Made by a program: the position numbers and the translations under genes. Of a stretch of 64,000 nt of DNA, positions 52,605-62,514 are shown in pieces. The DNA lies in contig CAWJCS010000005.1 in NCBI GenBank assembly GCA_963841435.1, positions 160,001 through 224,000 of the forward strand, given 5' to 3'. Each line of letters starts with the position of its first letter. Within the stretch, counting starts at the first letter, position 1. Under the pieces are notes generated by a model. That model did no database searches, was not told where the DNA came from, and saw only the letters and a list, made by a program, of their open reading frames with translations. Source of the stretch: an uncultured delta proteobacterium. GTDB taxonomy: Bacteria; Myxococcota_A; Polyangia; Polyangiales; Polyangiaceae.

Positions 52605-54245
52605 TCAGCCGGGTGGCGCGCCGTCGCCCTCGGCGAGCGCCACCTCGACGCTGAGCGCGAGCTCGCGCCGGAGCGACCCCTGCTCGAGGATCGAGCACAC
52701 CACCTCCATGAGCTTGCCGGGCAAAAACGGCTTCGGCAAAAAATGGGTCCGCTCGCCGAGCGCGAGCGCGAAGCGCGCCGCGTCCTCGGTGTAGCCCGAG
52801 ACGAACAGCACCAAGAGCTCGGGGCGCTCGCGCCGGAGCTCCGTCGCGAGATCGATGCCTCCGAGCTCCGGCATGACGACATCGGTCACGAGCAAGTGAA
52901 TCGCTCCCTCGTGCGCCTTTGCCACCTCGAGGGCGTGCCGTCCGTTCCGGGCCGAGAGCACTCGGTACGCGCGCAACCCGAGCACGCCCGCGAGCAACTC
53001 GCGCACGGCCTCGTCGTCGTCGCAGACGAGCACCGTCTCGAACGCGCCGCCGGCCGAGTGCTCGCCGCGGCCCGGGAGCGACGCGGGAACCGCGAGCGCC
53101 ACCGCGCGCGGCATGAACACCGTAAACGTCGTGCCTTCGCCGACGCGCGTCTCGAGGCGCACGGCGCCACCGCTCTGATTCACGAAGCCCTCGACCATGG
53201 AGAGCCCGAGCCCCGTGCCGTGACCGACACTCTTGGTCGTAAAAAACGGCTCGAAGACGTGGAGCATGACGTCGTCCGGAATGCCCGTGCCGGTGTCGAC
53301 CACGGCGAGTGTGACGTAGTCGCCCGCAGCGAGGCTGCCGTCGGGACGTTCGAGACGCACGTCGCGGGTTTCGAGGGTGAGCCGGCCGCCGCTGGGCATG
53401 GCGTCGCGCGCGTTGACGACGAGGTTCAGGATGGTCTGCTCGAGCTGGCCGGGATCGCAGTAGATGGAATGGCGCGCTCCGAGCATCGTCGAAAGCTCAA
53501 CGTCCTCGCCAATCAGACGCTCGAGCATGCGCCGCAAGCGGTCAACGGTGTGATTGAGGTCGAACACCTCGGGCGTCAGCACCTGCCGGCGGCCGTAGGC
53601 GAGCAACTGCCGCGTCAGCTCCGCGGCGCGTTGAGCGCTCGCGAGCACCGTCTCGGCGTGGTGGGCGAGCGGACCGTCGGCGGGCAGGCCCCGCCGCAAG
53701 AGCTCGGTATGCCCCATCACGATGAGCAGCCGATTGTTGAAGTCGTGGGCGACGCCGCCCGCTAGCTTACCGAGCGCTCCTAGCTTCTGAGCCTGACGCA
53801 ATTCCGTCTCGAGCCGTTCCGAGCGAGCGCTCTGCCTGCGGCTCTCGTCGATGTCGATGAAATAGACGACGATCGCGGTCATGCGCGCTTCCTCGTCGCG
53901 CTCGACGACGCAGTCCGCCACGACCCAGCGCGGCTCGCCGCCACGCCGAACGATGCGCTTCTCGGTCTGGAAGCGATCCACCTCGCCCCGGGCGGCGCGC
54001 TCGAGACCAGCGCGCTCGGCGGGAATGTCGTCGGGGTGCGTCACCTCGAGCCAGATCTCGTAGGCATCGCGCGCCATCAGCTCCTCGCGGGGAATCCCGA
54101 TGAGCTCGATGTACGCGTCGTTGGCGAACACGTAGCGCCCGCGGCGCGCCGAGACGCACATCGTGGGCAACGGCGACTGAAACAGAGCCACGCGCTCGAG
54201 CGCGGCCGGATCGGGGGGCGGAAGCGTGTCGCCGTTCATGGACAT
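52605..54245 (-). CDS. PAS hybrid histidine kinase with receiver domain
   Basis: PAS (THPDD), H-box GGVAHDFNN, NLVVNARDAM, DTGTG, FEPFFTTK, GTGLGL, receiver DD..TDVVMP..KPF. Confidence 0.96.
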   Translation of the reverse strand: MSMNGDTLPPPDPAALERVALFQSPLPTMCVSARRGRYVFANDAYIELIGIPREELMARDAYEIWLEVTHPDDIPAERAGLERAARGEVDRFQTEKRIVRRGGEPRWVVADCVVERDEEARMTAIVVYFIDIDESRRQSARSERLETELRQAQKLGALGKLAGGVAHDFNNRLLIVMGHTELLRRGLPADGPLAHHAETVLASAQRAAELTRQLLAYGRRQVLTPEVFDLNHTVDRLRRMLERLIGEDVELSTMLGARHSIYCDPGQLEQTILNLVVNARDAMPSGGRLTLETRDVRLERPDGSLAAGDYVTLAVVDTGTGIPDDVMLHVFEPFFTTKSVGHGTGLGLSMVEGFVNQSGGAVRLETRVGEGTTFTVFMPRAVALAVPASLPGRGEHSAGGAFETVLVCDDDEAVRELLAGVLGLRAYRVLSARNGRHALEVAKAHEGAIHLLVTDVVMPELGGIDLATELRRERPELLVLFVSGYTEDAARFALALGERTHFLPKPFLPGKLMEVVCSILEQGSLRRELALSVEVALAEGDGAPPG

Positions 54246-54404
54246 CGGGACGAAGGGCCGGACGAGGCACCTTCTCCCGGCGATTTGGGCGCTGTCAACT
54301 CGGGCCGGGCGGCGCTACGAATCACGTCCGGTCGCTCTCGAGGCGGCCTGGCGAAAGCACCCACCGGGGAGTCTCGGCGCGGGGCGTTGCTCGAACCCAT
54401 CGGC

Positions 54405-56711
54405 ATGGCTCACGTTTCGCACAAGCTCTCGGGCTCCTTCCAGGGCGCTCTCGCCGGCGGCGGCGACCCGGCAACTTCGCCGCTCTACGTTTTCGGCCCG
54501 TTCCTCAAGCTCATCGTCGCGGCGGGCGTCGCAAGGGTGACGTTCGGGGCGTCGATCTGGCTCGCGGTGCTCACGGTCGCAACCGTCAGCGCGATGTACC
54601 GCCTCGTGATGACCTGGGTCACCGACGGCAGCGGTGGCAGCGGGCTCAGCGAGGAGGAGTTCGGCTCGTGGGCTGTCAAGCTGAACGCGGGGATCACCGT
54701 CGTCGAGTACACGCTCACGTTCCTGGTGAGCATCGCCGCACTCGTGACGTTCGCGTCGGATCGCGTCCCGGCGCTCGCGGGGCACTTCGCGGGCCTCCCG
54801 ATGAGGACGCTGATCGCCGCGGCCTTGAGCCTCGGCACCGGCCTCGTCGTGAACCGCGGGCCCCGGATGGCGGCGCGGGCCTTCGGGCCCGCCACGGCCG
54901 GCGTGCTCTTGCTCCTTTGGGTGATGATCGGCGCGACCATCTGGCAGCGCGGTCTCGAGCTGCCGCGCCCCACTCTCGAGGCGTTTTCGGGGCGCTACCT
55001 GGGTTTCACGCTCGGCGGCTACGCGCACATCCTCGCGCTGATGACGGGCATCGAAATCTTCGCGAACCTCGTCGCCGCGTACGAGGGGCCCGCGCGCGCG
55101 CGGAGCCGCCAGGCGTTCGGCAGCCTGCTCATCGTCATGGGCACGACCTCGCTCACGATGCTCATCGTCGGACCCGCCATACGCGATCTCTCCGATCCGC
55201 TCGACGCGAAGGTATCGGTCTTCACCCAGACCATGGATCAACTGCTGCCGGCGCCGCTCGCGTACTTCGGTACCTTCGTGGGCATCGCCGTCCTGCTGTC
55301 GGCCGCCGCAGCGAGCGCCCAGGGCATCCAGAATCTCGCGCTCGGTTTGCGCTACCGGCAGTACATCCCGGCGTACCTCGGCCAGCGAAACCGTTTCGAC
55401 GTCGCCGACCGCCCCGTCTGGCTTCAGGTCGGCGTGTGCGTCGCGTGCTTCTTCGTCTTCGGAACCGCCGAGGAGACGTACCTCGCGCTCTATGCTGCCG
55501 GCGTCTTCATCTTGCTGAGCCTCACGGGCTGGGCTGCCGTCAAGCGGCTCACGCGCATGCTCAGGGCCGAGCGGAGCTTGTCGGGCGGGCTCACGCTGGC
55601 CGGGACGGCGCTCGCGGCACTGCTCACGACCGGCGCGACGGCCATCATCTTCGAGGATCGATTTCGCGAAGGCGCGTGGGCGTACTTCCTGCTCGTGCCC
55701 GCCATGTACGCGGCCTTCGGCTACTTCCGGCGGCGGCTCGGCGCGCCCTCGGCGGTCGAGGACAGGCTCGGTCAGCTCATGACATGGAGCTACCTCCCTC
55801 CGCTCACGAGCCAATCGCTGTACGCGACGAGCGGGCCGCAGCGCGTGCTCTGCCCGCTCGACGGCTCGCCCGATGCCGAGCACGCCCTGAGCATCGCCAG
55901 CCTGCTCGCGCGAGCGTACGGCTCGCGTCTGACGTTGCTCTCGGTCCTCGAGTCCGATCGGGCGGACGCTTCGAGCGACGATGCGCTCTCGCGCCGCTAC
56001 CTCGCCGACGTCGAGGAGCAGCTGAGCGTGAGCGGCCTGGTCGTCGACACGGTCGTGCGAACGGGCTCCGCACCGTCGGAGATCGGCAACGTGGCTCGCG
56101 AGCTGCCGGCTGACGTCGTCGTGATGACGACGCAGGGCCGAAGCCGGCTCCAGCGCTGGTGGGAGGGGAGCGTCACCACGGAGGTCATCTACCAGACGAC
56201 CCCGCCGCTGATCGTCATCCGCCCCACGGAGCATTTTCGCAGCACGCGCACGCGCTTCGCACGCCTGCTCGTGGCTCTCGACGGCTCCGACCTCGCCGAG
56301 CAGGTCTTGCCGCATGCGCGCCAGCTCGCCGAGCAGTTCCACAGCGAGCTCGTGTTGCTCTCGGTCCGCGAAGGCTCGGAATCGGAAGAATACGCGGACA
56401 CCGTGCAGCGCTACCTCGAGCGCATTCGCGAGCGGCTCAGCGGGGACGGCATCCAGGTGCGAGCCCTCGTGGAAGCGTCGGCACCGGCGCAAGCCATCCT
56501 GCGCGTCGCCGAGACCGAAGAGGTCGATCTGCTCATGCTCGTGAGCCACGGGCGCGGCGGCGTTGCGCGCCAGCAATACGTCAAGCTCGGCAGCGTCACC
56601 GATGCCGTGCTGCAGAAAACGCCTTGTCCCGTCTTCCTGGTCTCCGCCGTGCCGGCGGGCGCGGTGCTCGCCGCCCCGGAAGCCCCCCCGCCCGAGCCCG
56701 CGACGGCCTGA
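54405..56711 (+). CDS. APC-superfamily (Kup/KimA-like) transporter fused to two USP domains
   Basis: About 12 TM; GGDPATSPLY, GSGGSG, MTGIEIFAN; then CPLDGS..AE.AL / GRS..GSVT and VALDGS..AE / HGRGG..LGSVT USP domains. Confidence 0.85.
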   Translation: MAHVSHKLSGSFQGALAGGGDPATSPLYVFGPFLKLIVAAGVARVTFGASIWLAVLTVATVSAMYRLVMTWVTDGSGGSGLSEEEFGSWAVKLNAGITVVEYTLTFLVSIAALVTFASDRVPALAGHFAGLPMRTLIAAALSLGTGLVVNRGPRMAARAFGPATAGVLLLLWVMIGATIWQRGLELPRPTLEAFSGRYLGFTLGGYAHILALMTGIEIFANLVAAYEGPARARSRQAFGSLLIVMGTTSLTMLIVGPAIRDLSDPLDAKVSVFTQTMDQLLPAPLAYFGTFVGIAVLLSAAAASAQGIQNLALGLRYRQYIPAYLGQRNRFDVADRPVWLQVGVCVACFFVFGTAEETYLALYAAGVFILLSLTGWAAVKRLTRMLRAERSLSGGLTLAGTALAALLTTGATAIIFEDRFREGAWAYFLLVPAMYAAFGYFRRRLGAPSAVEDRLGQLMTWSYLPPLTSQSLYATSGPQRVLCPLDGSPDAEHALSIASLLARAYGSRLTLLSVLESDRADASSDDALSRRYLADVEEQLSVSGLVVDTVVRTGSAPSEIGNVARELPADVVVMTTQGRSRLQRWWEGSVTTEVIYQTTPPLIVIRPTEHFRSTRTRFARLLVALDGSDLAEQVLPHARQLAEQFHSELVLLSVREGSESEEYADTVQRYLERIRERLSGDGIQVRALVEASAPAQAILRVAETEEVDLLMLVSHGRGGVARQQYVKLGSVTDAVLQKTPCPVFLVSAVPAGAVLAAPEAPPPEPATA

Positions 56712-56772
56712 GCCGCTTCGGCTCCGCGTGGGTCACACCGTGGTGTCCGGGCGCCGTGCCCGGCGCTCGGGG

Positions 56773-57708
56773 TCAGCCGGGGCTCGGCGCGCGAGCCGCC
56801 TCGCGGCGGCCAGCTGCGCGCAGCGGCTCGCCGTGCCGCACGAGCACGGCCGGAGGCTCGATGCCGTGCGCACGGAATGCGTCGAGCACGCGCAGGTGCA
56901 CGTCCGTCTCGAAGGCCTTCTCGTACCTCGTGTCGAGCACGTAGGGCCGCGCCTTGACGTGAACGGCCACGACGTCATTTAGCAGCACCTGCCGCGCGAG
57001 CACCGGCACCTCGCGCTCGAGGAACACGTAGCGGCTCGTGAGGCACGCTTCGAGAACGAGCTCGCGCGCGAGCGCGATGTTCTGATCGATGCCCACGTAG
57101 AAGTCCATGGGCACCTGCATCTCGAGCGCGCCGTAGTTGCCGCACGAGGTCACATCGGTCAAGATCTTGTTGTTGGGGATGGTGACCACGTTGTGGTCCA
57201 GCGTGTTCATGCGCACGCTGCGGAGGCCAATCTTGATGATGTCGCCGTATTCGCCGGCGTACTCCACGCGGTCGCCCACCTGAAAGGGGCGATCGAACAT
57301 GATGGTGACGCCCGCGATGAAGGCAGCGACGAGGTCGCGCATCGCGAAGCCGACGGCGAAGGCCAGGGCACCGCCGATCACCGTGAGCGCCGTCGAGTCG
57401 AGGCGCACGCTCAGACCGAGGCAGACGCCCGCCGTGACGATATAGGAGATGAAACGGATGAACGACTCGATCTTCTGGATCAGGAGGCGCCTGGACGTGA
57501 AGCTCTTGGTGATGCGATCGGCGACGCCGCTCACGAGCCTGAGCACCACCGCCGTGCCGACGATGACCGGTACCGACAGCAAGAGGCCTCCCCAGCGAAT
57601 GAAGCCGGCGAGCTTGCCCAGGTCGGGGGTTTCCTGCGCCTTCGCGACTCCCACGTACGCGAGCATCGAACAGAAGAGCGCGAGCGAGAAAAGCTGGTGT
57701 CGTCGCAT
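56773..57708 (-). CDS. MscS-family mechanosensitive channel
   Basis: AVGFAMRD...FIAG...DRPFQVGDRV...GD...IGLRS.......VTIPN; RBS AAGGAG before ATG 57708. Confidence 0.93.
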   Translation of the reverse strand: MRRHQLFSLALFCSMLAYVGVAKAQETPDLGKLAGFIRWGGLLLSVPVIVGTAVVLRLVSGVADRITKSFTSRRLLIQKIESFIRFISYIVTAGVCLGLSVRLDSTALTVIGGALAFAVGFAMRDLVAAFIAGVTIMFDRPFQVGDRVEYAGEYGDIIKIGLRSVRMNTLDHNVVTIPNNKILTDVTSCGNYGALEMQVPMDFYVGIDQNIALARELVLEACLTSRYVFLEREVPVLARQVLLNDVVAVHVKARPYVLDTRYEKAFETDVHLRVLDAFRAHGIEPPAVLVRHGEPLRAAGRREAARAPSPG

Positions 57709-57719
57709 GGAGATCTCCT

Positions 57720-60700
57720 TCACGGCGTCGCCAGGAGGTGGCGGCGCTGCAAAAACCGCGTGATGGGGCGGAACCAGGCCCAGGTGATCCGGTAGCGGTC
57801 GCCGACGAGCGCGAAGTAGCCTCGCAACAGACCGTAGCGGAGCGCGTCCTCCACCTCGTCGGGGCGCAACATCGTCACCGCTATCACGTCACCCGGGTGC
57901 GCGAGCTCGAGCTGGACCACGGCACGCAGCACGAACACCGCGCTGTCCGGTAGCCGCTCGAGCTCGTGCGAATCGGGCGCGTCGAACACCTTGACGGCGA
58001 CGCGGCCTCCCGTGAGCGAGCCGAGGCAAAGCCGCCATGCATGCAAGGCGACGCCGGGATTGCCGGCCGCGTAGTCCCAGATCAGTCGGTAGTAGCCCGC
58101 CGCCGTGCGATCGATGGCCTCCTGGACGTCGATCTCGTCGACATCGTCGGGCAGCTCGGTCAAGAGCTCGTCGAAGCTCGGAGACAGGCCCGCCTCCTTC
58201 GAGCGATTGAGCAGGAGCCGGACGATCCCCTCCTCGGTCCAGGGCTCGAGCCGGATGACGTCGTCGAACAGCGGATAGGCGCCGCGCGCTCGCTCCACGA
58301 AGCGCCAGATCGACTCGTCGAACGCGAAGACCCACGAGCAACGGCCGCTGCGGTGCCGCGCGACGCGGAGCACCTCGTCGAAGCCGGAAAGCCCACCGAT
58401 CTTGGGCAAGATCAGCCGGTGCGCGTCGTCGATCAAGAGGCCCGCGTCGCGACCGGCTTTGTCCATCTCGCGAGCCGAGTCGTCGATCGACGCCCCCGCG
58501 GGCGCGCCCACGGCCCGCGCGAGCGCCTCGGCGAACGCCGATTCAGCTCCCGCCGGACACTCCACCTTCTTCCCGTCCCGGCAGCGAGTGAGGATGCGAT
58601 CGAGCAGCGTGGACTTTCCGGCGCCCCGCTCACCCACGACGGCGAAAACGCCGCCGCCCTCGGCGTCGATGCGAGCGATCACGCGGTCGACTTGTTCGTC
58701 GGCGACGCTCGGGACGACCTCCCGAGACCGCGTGTTCGGCCCGAGCGCGTCGAAGTCCCGGTCGGGAAGGCGAGCGTACACGGTATGGATGGTCTCGGCA
58801 CGACGCGTCATGTCGCGACGGAACAGGTACGCGAGCACGCGGCGCGTGACGACGAAGCCGCTCGCCCATTGCCGCACGGTGCGCCCCGTACCGCTCGCGA
58901 GCAGCTCGACGCCCGCGAGCAGCGCCGCGGCCATGCTCGTCCAGCCCGATTCCTGGCGGATCACCCAGCGATCGAACGCGTTCTTCTTGCGCTTGAGCTC
59001 GACGCGCTCGAACACGATGCCGCGCCACCAGCGCACGAGCACGAGCGCGATGGGGATCGCCGCGAACCAGCAGGTCGAGAGCACCCAAGCGTAGATCGTG
59101 CCGCGGCCCACGAGCTTTTCGCTCAGCGAGAGCACGAGCGCGACGCCCACGACGACGCGACCGACGAGACGCAGCGAGCGCAGGCGGACGTGCGCGGTCT
59201 GCATCCGACTGCCGCGACGCCCGAGCTCACCGGCGTTGGCGATGGCATCGATGGCGGCGACGACCACGGCGCCCCCCAGCGTCCAGCCGAACACGGCGCG
59301 TGCCACGTCCACCTCGAGCAGCGATTGCGCCTCGCCGGGCAGGAGCGCCACCATTGCAAGCAAGAGCAACAGCCACTCGACGGGCGATCGCACGCGGATC
59401 ACGAACTCGAGCGCGCGTTCGACGGGGGAGCCCTCGACCTCGCGCGTGCGCCGCCTCTCGGTGCGCGCGTCGTCGCGCCAGGCGACGAGCACGGACTCGG
59501 CCCGCCGCCGCCACCACATGAAAAGGCCAATCGGCACGACCCACTTGAGCAGCACGACCCCCGCCATCACGGCGCTCCCCGTGCGCGCACCCCCGCGCAA
59601 GATCTTGCCGATGAAGATGCGCAACTCCACGACGTGGTGACGCAAGACCAGCACCACCTGGCGTGCTTCAGCCTGCGCCTGGTCGAGGCCGGCCGGCCCG
59701 AAGCTCACGATCTGGTTACGTCGGGTACCACTCAGAAACGGGTAGAGCGCCAGGCGATCCTGGTTCAGGGCCACGACGTGGTCGTAGTGAGCAACGAATG
59801 CGTCGTTGCGCAGCGATTGCTCGAGCGCGCCGAGACGCGCGGCGTCGCGCTCGACCAGGCGACGCTGCTTCGCCGGCGCGGCGCGATCCATGTCGGCGGG
59901 CAGGCTCAACAGGCGATCGTCGCCGGCCACGGGCACTTCGCTGTCGGCTCCCATCGCGCCGATGGCGTCCGCCAGGCGTTCCCGCGCGCCGCGCAGCTCC
60001 TTGCGCAGATCGGCGTACAGGTCGTCGACCTCTTGCGCCCCAGCCTCGCCCTGCTCGGCGTGCGCCACGGCCTCGCGAATGCGACGGTGCCAGCCGAGGA
60101 TGATCTCCTCGTGCGCGCGCAAGGCGGTGCGCTCTTCGACGATACGCTTCTCGAAGATCGCTTGCTTCTGCGACACGGCGAGCAGGCGCGCGTACTCCTC
60201 CGCGACGAGGCGCAGCGCTTCGTTGCGCGAGGTGCGAGCCATCTCGAGCGCCCGCTGCCGCTCCTCCTCGGCGGCCTGCGCGCGCTGCTCGGCCTCGTCG
60301 AGCTGACGCTCGGCCTGCGCGCCTTTGTCCCCCGCCTGACGAGTCTGGTGCACCTCGAGCAGACGCCGGCGCTCGGCGGCGGAAAGCGCGTAGAAGTCGC
60401 GGCGCGCGCGGTCGAGCTCGAGCCGCGCGGCGAGCTCCTCGGGCGTGAAGAGCGGCGGCCCGGCGTTGACTCCCGCGTCGAGCCCGCCGTCCACGCCGGC
60501 ATCGACGGTAGCCGCCGGCGCGCGCGGCAACCGTTTGCTCCGCTTCGCGCCCGCGTCCGGCGGCACCGCGCCGGCGTCGGTCGCGCCGAGCAGCTGGTCG
60601 AGCCGTTCGGCTTCGAGCGCGACGGCGCTCTCGACAGCGAGATCGACGTCGAAGAGCGACTTGGGATCGACGGACGGCGCCAGGCGCTCCGCCATGAGAT

Positions 60701-61094
60701 CGCGAATGCTCGCCGTGGTCTTCGCGAACGCGCCGACCACGGCGCTGACGGGGCCTGCGTCGGCATCGGCGGCCGCGTTGACGCCCGCATCGGACGGTGA
60801 CGACCCGGCGACGGGCGGCGCGGCGGTTCCGTCCGGCTTGGGCGCACGGGCCGCGACCGGCGTTTTCGAGACGGACTTCGCTGCCGGCGCGGCGGCCGGC
60901 GGCGTCGTCGCGGGCGGTTTCGCCGTGGTGCCGGCGGCCGCCGCCGTACTCGCGGGCTTCGCCGTGCCGGCGGCGGGCGGCGGGGCGCTCGCTGCTCCCG
61001 ACGGCGCCGGAGCGGCGAGCGCGAGCGCCGCGACCGTGATGACGCCGCCCAGGCCGAGCCCGGCGAGCACGCGAACGAGGGCCCGCTCAAACAT
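57720..61094 (-). CDS. Large membrane protein: extracytoplasmic coiled coil, multi-TM, P-loop ATPase, winged-helix-like end
   Basis: N-terminal hydrophobic segment, E/A/R-rich coiled coil, about 6-7 TM, Walker A GERGAGKST, Walker B LLIDD, GNP, C-terminal helical domain. Start uncertain. Confidence 0.8.
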   Translation of the reverse strand: MFERALVRVLAGLGLGGVITVAALALAAPAPSGAASAPPPAAGTAKPASTAAAAGTTAKPPATTPPAAAPAAKSVSKTPVAARAPKPDGTAAPPVAGSSPSDAGVNAAADADAGPVSAVVGAFAKTTASIRDLMAERLAPSVDPKSLFDVDLAVESAVALEAERLDQLLGATDAGAVPPDAGAKRSKRLPRAPAATVDAGVDGGLDAGVNAGPPLFTPEELAARLELDRARRDFYALSAAERRRLLEVHQTRQAGDKGAQAERQLDEAEQRAQAAEEERQRALEMARTSRNEALRLVAEEYARLLAVSQKQAIFEKRIVEERTALRAHEEIILGWHRRIREAVAHAEQGEAGAQEVDDLYADLRKELRGARERLADAIGAMGADSEVPVAGDDRLLSLPADMDRAAPAKQRRLVERDAARLGALEQSLRNDAFVAHYDHVVALNQDRLALYPFLSGTRRNQIVSFGPAGLDQAQAEARQVVLVLRHHVVELRIFIGKILRGGARTGSAVMAGVVLLKWVVPIGLFMWWRRRAESVLVAWRDDARTERRRTREVEGSPVERALEFVIRVRSPVEWLLLLLAMVALLPGEAQSLLEVDVARAVFGWTLGGAVVVAAIDAIANAGELGRRGSRMQTAHVRLRSLRLVGRVVVGVALVLSLSEKLVGRGTIYAWVLSTCWFAAIPIALVLVRWWRGIVFERVELKRKKNAFDRWVIRQESGWTSMAAALLAGVELLASGTGRTVRQWASGFVVTRRVLAYLFRRDMTRRAETIHTVYARLPDRDFDALGPNTRSREVVPSVADEQVDRVIARIDAEGGGVFAVVGERGAGKSTLLDRILTRCRDGKKVECPAGAESAFAEALARAVGAPAGASIDDSAREMDKAGRDAGLLIDDAHRLILPKIGGLSGFDEVLRVARHRSGRCSWVFAFDESIWRFVERARGAYPLFDDVIRLEPWTEEGIVRLLLNRSKEAGLSPSFDELLTELPDDVDEIDVQEAIDRTAAGYYRLIWDYAAGNPGVALHAWRLCLGSLTGGRVAVKVFDAPDSHELERLPDSAVFVLRAVVQLELAHPGDVIAVTMLRPDEVEDALRYGLLRGYFALVGDRYRITWAWFRPITRFLQRRHLLATP

Positions 61095-61221
61095 CGACGC
61101 ATGGTTGCCAGTGTTCCGAGCAGCTGTCATCCCCGGCCACGGGAGCCGCCATGAGATCGCGGCTGGACGCACCCACGATTCGGGCTACCTTGCGCGAACG
61201 GCAGCGACCGGGAGGTGACGC

Positions 61222-62388
61222 GTGCTCTTTCGACGAACGAACGGGTGGCCCGTGGTGGGGCCGAGAAACTGCATCCTCGCGTTGGGCGTCTTCGCCATGG
61301 CGGTTGGGGCCTGCTCCGGCGACTCCAAATCCAATGCGTCGGGCGGCAGCGGTCAGGGGGGAAGCGCTGGTGTTGGCCCCCAGCCGGGCTCGGGCGGTAG
61401 CGCGGGCCGCGGCGGCAGCTCGGGAAGCTCCGGCGCCTCGCTCGGCGGCAGCTCGGGAAGCTCCGGCGCCTCGCTCGGCGGCAGCTCGGGAAGCTCCGGC
61501 GCCTCGCTCGGCGGCAGCTCGGGCGCCTCGCTCGGCGGCGGCGGCTCGGACGCGGGCAGCGCCGGCTCGGGAGAGGGCGGTTGCGCGCCCACCTCGTGCG
61601 AAGACGAGGGCGCGAGCTGCGGCCCCCTTTCCGACGGCTGCGGCAACATGCTCGACTGCGGTAGCTGCGCGAACGGCTGTAGCTGCGGCGACGACAACAC
61701 CTGCGAAGGCGCCACCACGAGCGACGAAGCGCGTCGCTACGGACAGCGCGGCCGAAGCTCCGGCTTCATGGGCACCGACACGCAGTACTACGAGCTTTAC
61801 GACATCGGCGCCTGCTTCAGCGTCAACGACTGCATCGATCCCTGTCTCCAGCGCGGCGGCACCCAGGAGATGTGTGCCGCGGGCGAGTGCATCCACTCGC
61901 TCGACGACTACTGCCTGCCGGCGACCATCTGGCAAAACCTCGGCAGCCTCAGCGCAGAGGGCGACGATCCGTACACCGAGGCGGCCGAGCTCGTGCTCGT
62001 CGGCACGCCGTACCACGACACGCTGCTCGTCAACGACTTCAAGCTCGAGGTGCCCGCCGCTGCCGAAATTCGCGGCATTACCGTCACCGTTCGCCGTGCC
62101 GCCGGTGGTGACGACGAAGCGGTTGACGCCGCCGTACGGCTCGTCAAGGGCGGTGTCGTCACGGATGCCGATCGCTCGAGCCCAATCCCGTGGAACGCCC
62201 CGCCCTTCGAAGACGTGGACTACGGCAGTGCCACGGATCTCTGGAACGAAAGCTGGACACCCGCCGACGTGAACGCCGCCGACTTCGGTGTGGCCCTGCG
62301 CACCGCGTACACGCAGACGGCGGGCAATGGTCGCGCCTACGTCGATATCGTCTACGTCACCGTGAGCTACGATATCGCCTGTCAGTAG
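61222..62388 (+). CDS. Gly/Cys-rich lipoprotein with C-terminal beta-sandwich domain
   Basis: RBS GGAGG; lipobox VGAC; C.P.SC.....CG...DGCG..LDCG.C repeat; C-terminal P..A.I.GI.V...YG..TDLW..SWTPADVN...FGV. Confidence 0.85.
   Translation: MLFRRTNGWPVVGPRNCILALGVFAMAVGACSGDSKSNASGGSGQGGSAGVGPQPGSGGSAGRGGSSGSSGASLGGSSGSSGASLGGSSGSSGASLGGSSGASLGGGGSDAGSAGSGEGGCAPTSCEDEGASCGPLSDGCGNMLDCGSCANGCSCGDDNTCEGATTSDEARRYGQRGRSSGFMGTDTQYYELYDIGACFSVNDCIDPCLQRGGTQEMCAAGECIHSLDDYCLPATIWQNLGSLSAEGDDPYTEAAELVLVGTPYHDTLLVNDFKLEVPAAAEIRGITVTVRRAAGGDDEAVDAAVRLVKGGVVTDADRSSPIPWNAPPFEDVDYGSATDLWNESWTPADVNAADFGVALRTAYTQTAGNGRAYVDIVYVTVSYDIACQ
61411..61533 (+). repeat. In-frame 33-bp tandem repeat, three perfect copies plus a 24-bp shortened copy
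   Basis: GGCGGCAGCTCGGGAAGCTCCGGCGCCTCGCTC at 61411, 61444, 61477; encodes GGSSGSSGASL. Confidence 0.95.
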
Positions 62389-62514
62389 CGCCAGGCTTCG
62401 GCGAAGCGCTGCGCGCGCGTCTCGGAATGGTGGGAGGGGGGTCGGCGACCGCCGTCACCCGTCGTGCGCGGCCGCGGTGCGCGCCGTTCCACCCGTGCGC
62501 TCCGGGCGGCGGCG

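Noticed and set aside
61411-61533. CRISPR array
   Set aside because: Repeats are contiguous with no spacers, in frame within a CDS, and there are no cas genes.
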